A stretch of 28,163 nucleotides of DNA, taken from the IMG/VR virus record IMGVR_UViG_3300025066_000123, positions 1 through 28,163 of that record, one strand, 5' to 3'. Shown in pieces: positions 25,434 to 28,163 of the stretch. The stretch's first letter is position 1. Each line of letters starts with the position of its first letter. A program made the translations under genes and the position numbers. Source of the DNA: a virus. Its lineage: Duplodnaviria; Caudoviricetes. Under the pieces are notes generated by a model. That model saw only the letters and a program-made list of their open reading frames with translations. It made no database searches and was not told the DNA's origin.

Positions 25434-26060
25434 ATGGAAATACTAACTAATAATAATACTAAATTAAAAAAAACATCTAAAAAATACAATGCTAATATTT
25501 ATGCTTTTGATTTACCTGCATATAAAACGAAAACAGGACAAATTACCTGCCCTTTTGCTGATGATTGTATTAAATATTGCTATGCTTCAAAAGGTGCTTA
25601 CACTTGGTTACCAGCTCAAAATAAACATAATTTAAATTACAAATTATCACAGCAAGAAAATTTTACGGAATTGATTCAAAATGACATCGATTCTAAGCGT
25701 AAAAAAATAACTCATATACGGTTACATTCAGCAGGGGATTTTTACAGCGTTAAATATCTCTTAAAGTGGCTTGAAATAGCAGATAAAAATCCTGATATTG
25801 TATTCTATGCATACACAAAGAGTATACCATTTTTTAAAAATTCAAAATTAATTAAATTAATGTTAAGACATAAACAGAATTTTAAGGTTATTTTTTCTTA
25901 TGGATCTAAAAAAGATAATTTAATAAATTCAATAGATAGACATGCCAAAATATTTAATAATGAATCAGAGTTAAAAAAAGCTGGTTATATTAACGCCTCT
26001 GAATATGATTTAATAGCTATCAATTCAACCAATAAAAAAATTGGTTTAATTTACCACTAA
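25434..26060 (+). CDS. Gp88-like protein (radical-SAM-like cysteine motif)
   Basis: FDLPA...TCPFADDCIKYCYASKG, RLHSAGDFYS, WLEIA...P...FYAYTK match the phage Gene product 88 family. Confidence 0.8.
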   Translation: MEILTNNNTKLKKTSKKYNANIYAFDLPAYKTKTGQITCPFADDCIKYCYASKGAYTWLPAQNKHNLNYKLSQQENFTELIQNDIDSKRKKITHIRLHSAGDFYSVKYLLKWLEIADKNPDIVFYAYTKSIPFFKNSKLIKLMLRHKQNFKVIFSYGSKKDNLINSIDRHAKIFNNESELKKAGYINASEYDLIAINSTNKKIGLIYH

Positions 26061-26080
26061 AAAAAAAGGATAAAAACAAA

Positions 26081-26302
26081 ATGAAAAATATAAATATCGA
26101 TGCATTAAATTTTAATCTTGAAATTTTACCATTAAAAGAAAAAATTTATATATTAAAAGTATTAAAGAGCCGTTTTAATTGGTTTTTACCAATTAATAGA
26201 ATAAGTTTAAAAGGGTTATGTCTTGAATATAATTCATATCCTGAAAACCTATTACAAACAATTGATAATTTAATTGAAAAAAAAAGGATAAAAACAAAAT
26301 GA
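26081..26302 (+). CDS. Hypothetical protein (73 aa)
   Basis: AGGA RBS; bounded by 27-bp direct repeats. Confidence 0.7.
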   Translation: MKNINIDALNFNLEILPLKEKIYILKVLKSRFNWFLPINRISLKGLCLEYNSYPENLLQTIDNLIEKKRIKTK

Positions 26303-26484
26303 ATAAGGGTGGATTAATGAAATTAAATTACACTGCTGAAGAGCTTAAACAAATTGACGCAAGTTTGCCGTTAAATTTAGCTCAGGAGCTTATAAGCAAT
26401 AATAAAGATACATATTATTATGTTATGAATTATAACAATAATGTACTAGGAGAATTGGAGAAAATGGAGAAAAAAACAAAATGA
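26299..26484 (+). CDS. Hypothetical protein (61 aa; alternative start 26317)
   Basis: AGGA RBS, ATGA overlap; second ATG preceded by GGGTGGA. Confidence 0.65.
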   Translation: MNKGGLMKLNYTAEELKQIDASLPLNLAQELISNNKDTYYYVMNYNNNVLGELEKMEKKTK

Positions 26485-26588
26485 AAACATTAAAAGAAAT
26501 TAGTGCAGGTATTTTCGGAGCTGTGCTTATATGGGTGTTATGTTGGTTTGGAGCTATTGCAGATTATTTAATTAACGGGGTAAAATAA
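26481..26588 (+). CDS. Small membrane protein (35 aa, not in ORF track)
   Basis: MKTLKEISAGIFGAVLIWVLCWFGAIADYLINGVK*; GGAG RBS; single TM helix. Confidence 0.7.
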   Translation: MKTLKEISAGIFGAVLIWVLCWFGAIADYLINGVK

Positions 26589-26590
26589 AA

Positions 26591-26737
26591 ATGAAATACA
26601 AAGAAATTGAAACACAAGAAATAAAAACATATCTTAAAATAATTTCAGAACTTAAAGAACTTCAAAGCTGTTCAACTGAGTTTGATAACATGGATATTAA
26701 TGATTTTATAAAAGAATATTATCAAGAAATAGAATAA
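26591..26737 (+). CDS. Small acidic hypothetical protein (48 aa, not in ORF track)
   Basis: MKYKEIETQEIKTYLKIISELKELQSCSTEFDNMDINDFIKEYYQEIE*; GGGG upstream; followed by terminator. Confidence 0.65.
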   Translation: MKYKEIETQEIKTYLKIISELKELQSCSTEFDNMDINDFIKEYYQEIE

Positions 26738-26757
26738 TATTAAATAAATAACAAATT

Positions 26758-26786
26758 AAGCCCTGTTTTATAATAGGGCTTTTTTT
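26758..26786 (+). terminator. Rho-independent terminator
   Basis: AAGCCCTGTT-TTAT-AATAGGGCTT stem followed by T run. Confidence 0.85.
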
Positions 26787-27192
26787 ACCCATATATTACT
26801 ACCAAAAAAGAATTTAATAGGCTTAAAACACTGATTTCAGGCTAAATTTTAAGATATTAAATACAAATTATAATCAAATTAAATAAATTAACCTTTTTAT
26901 AATACAATTGGAGAAAAATAATAATAAAATCTACATTTAAAAATATATAATAAACATTAAATAATTTTATCCATTTTAAGATGTTTTATACTTGTATTAA
27001 TAAAACATACCTTAGTTAAATATTAGGCCGTTACAAGCTAAATTAAATGGGGTAAATTGATATTTTAAATTATCTGTATAAATTATACTTTAATTAATGC
27101 AATTCATATAATTAATATATAATTATGTAAAGCTAGATAATATTCAATATTTTTGGGTTGTTTTCTGGTCACTTTTAAAAAAATGATTTGAT

Positions 27193-27260
27193 TTTATTAT
27201 TTTTCTCTATAATTTTGAAAATTAATTATAATTTATTATTTTCGCTTATAATTTTGAAAA
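27193..27260 (+). repeat. Imperfect direct repeat (39-bp period) each with TATAAT; possible tandem promoters
   Basis: TTTATTATTTTTCTCTATAATTTTGAAAA and TTTATTATTTTCGCTTATAATTTTGAAAA; TATAAT at 27208 and 27247. Confidence 0.55.
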
Positions 27261-27288
27261 TATTAATTAAGACATAAAAATAAAAATT

Positions 27289-27349
27289 AATCTGAATGGT
27301 TAAAGAATGGTTCGATTCCATTCACAGATTCAAGGGTTATGGTAACCCT
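27289..27349 (+). ncRNA. tRNA-like minihelix with T-loop plus downstream hairpin in a 5' leader
   Basis: AATCTG/CAGATT outer stem, GAATGG-TTCGATT-CCATTC T-arm, then AGGGTTA-TGG-TAACCCT; no D or anticodon arm. Confidence 0.5.
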
Positions 27350-27378
27350 ATTTTAAAAACAAAACATAGGACAAGAAA

Positions 27379-27828
27379 ATGAATATAGTAGATAGATTAA
27401 AAAAAGAAATAAATGCTACATTGGAACAGGAAAAACAAACCTACTCTGATGGGGCTGAAACAGATGATGTTATACAAGGTTGGATTGAAGCCTTAGAGTA
27501 TGTTAATGGGCAAATTGATTCATTAGAAGAGTTAGAACAAGAACAACCTAAAGATTTCAGACCAATAACATGGTCTGAACAAATGAAATTAGGTTTAATA
27601 GCAGATTGTTATCTCTGGAATAATTATCCTAAAACAACAAATGGTGCATATTCTACATCTAAGGTTACTGATGTAGTTGAAGGTATTTTATCAGTTATAG
27701 TTAAATTTGGTCAGCAAGATGATTGTCACAATGAAACTTATTCAGAACACATTAAGGTGGATAGAGCCAAGTTAAATGCTTGGGATGGTAAAGGTGATTT
27801 TAAACATATAATAAAAGGACAAGAATAA
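27379..27828 (+). CDS. Hypothetical protein (149 aa)
   Basis: Leader AACATAGGACAAGAAA-ATG; QGWIEALEYV motif seen in small phage proteins. Confidence 0.8.
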   Translation: MNIVDRLKKEINATLEQEKQTYSDGAETDDVIQGWIEALEYVNGQIDSLEELEQEQPKDFRPITWSEQMKLGLIADCYLWNNYPKTTNGAYSTSKVTDVVEGILSVIVKFGQQDDCHNETYSEHIKVDRAKLNAWDGKGDFKHIIKGQE

Positions 27829-27977
27829 TGAAAGTTAATGTTGAAGAAAAAGAATATGAAGTTAATGTAACTGGTTGCTTTACTGTACTTGCTGAAAGCC
27901 AAGAAAGTGCAAACAGATGGGTAGAAGATAATATAAAAGAATATATTGGAGAATTAGAAATAGGAGATGAGGATTAA
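27828..27977 (+). CDS. Small acidic protein (49 aa, DpnD/PcfM-like pattern; not in ORF track)
   Basis: MKVNVEEKEYEVNVTGCFTVLAESQESANRWVEDNIKEYIGELEIGDED*; AGGA RBS; TAATG coupling. Confidence 0.65.
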   Translation: MKVNVEEKEYEVNVTGCFTVLAESQESANRWVEDNIKEYIGELEIGDED

Positions 27978-28163
27978 ATGAAAAACTGGAACATAATAAT
28001 AGTAAATGAAAACAGAAAATTATTAATTATATAATCTAATCCATAAATTATTAATTGTATGTCTTGATATATTAATTTCTGTAATTAATTCGACATCTAA
28101 AATAATTCGTAAAATATTATTGATTAATTTAAATATCTCAATTGTGGGAAAATTAGAAATAAT

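Noticed and set aside
26895-26907. TTTTATAATACAA as a fourth TTGTA-N3-TACAA site
   Set aside because: One mismatch in an extremely AT-rich stretch; expected by chance
27289-27332. Complete tRNA gene
   Set aside because: About 44 nt; lacks D arm and anticodon arm; kept only as a tRNA-like element
27978-28034. 18-aa ORF MKNWNIIIVNENRKLLII after GGAG/GAGG
   Set aside because: Too short to support; could be real or a truncated gene near a contig end
1-28163. Stop-codon reassignment, diversity-generating retroelement, introns/inteins
   Set aside because: Core genes are full length in code 11 and use TAA, TAG and TGA as stops; no reverse transcriptase or TR/VR pair seen; TerL, portal and MCP are of ordinary size

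Overview
AT-rich fragment of a tailed dsDNA phage (Caudoviricetes, siphovirus-like: tail tube, tail chaperone, tape measure, no recognisable sheath). No integrase, polymerase, host genes, rRNA, complete tRNA or CRISPR array are visible. Layout: (1) minus-strand Cro-like HTH / Rad52-Sak-like annealase / Gp157 recombination operon (3-1690); (2) a long minus-strand late operon (19284 to 1831) with scaffold, major capsid, an embedded lysis cassette (M15 peptidase, three membrane proteins, a Zn-ribbon metallophosphoesterase), fibre/neck genes, tail tube, a -1 frameshifted tail chaperone, tape measure and a 1201-aa tail protein ending in a dockerin; (3) a divergent plus-strand operon with terminase large subunit, portal, morphogenesis genes and a probable small terminase placed last (19376-23853); (4) a ~700-bp non-coding region with DnaA-box-like 9-mers and operator-like repeats; (5) very AT-rich small early-type genes sharing near-identical leaders, including a Gp88-like protein and a T-loop minihelix. 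The most interesting signals are a tail dockerin with a coupled candidate cohesin-like gene, two intergenic segments antisense to the ribosome-binding sites of other phage genes, and a TTGTA-N3-TACAA operator shared by the divergent late promoter and the putative terminus/origin region. All product calls are from motifs read by eye; no database search was run.
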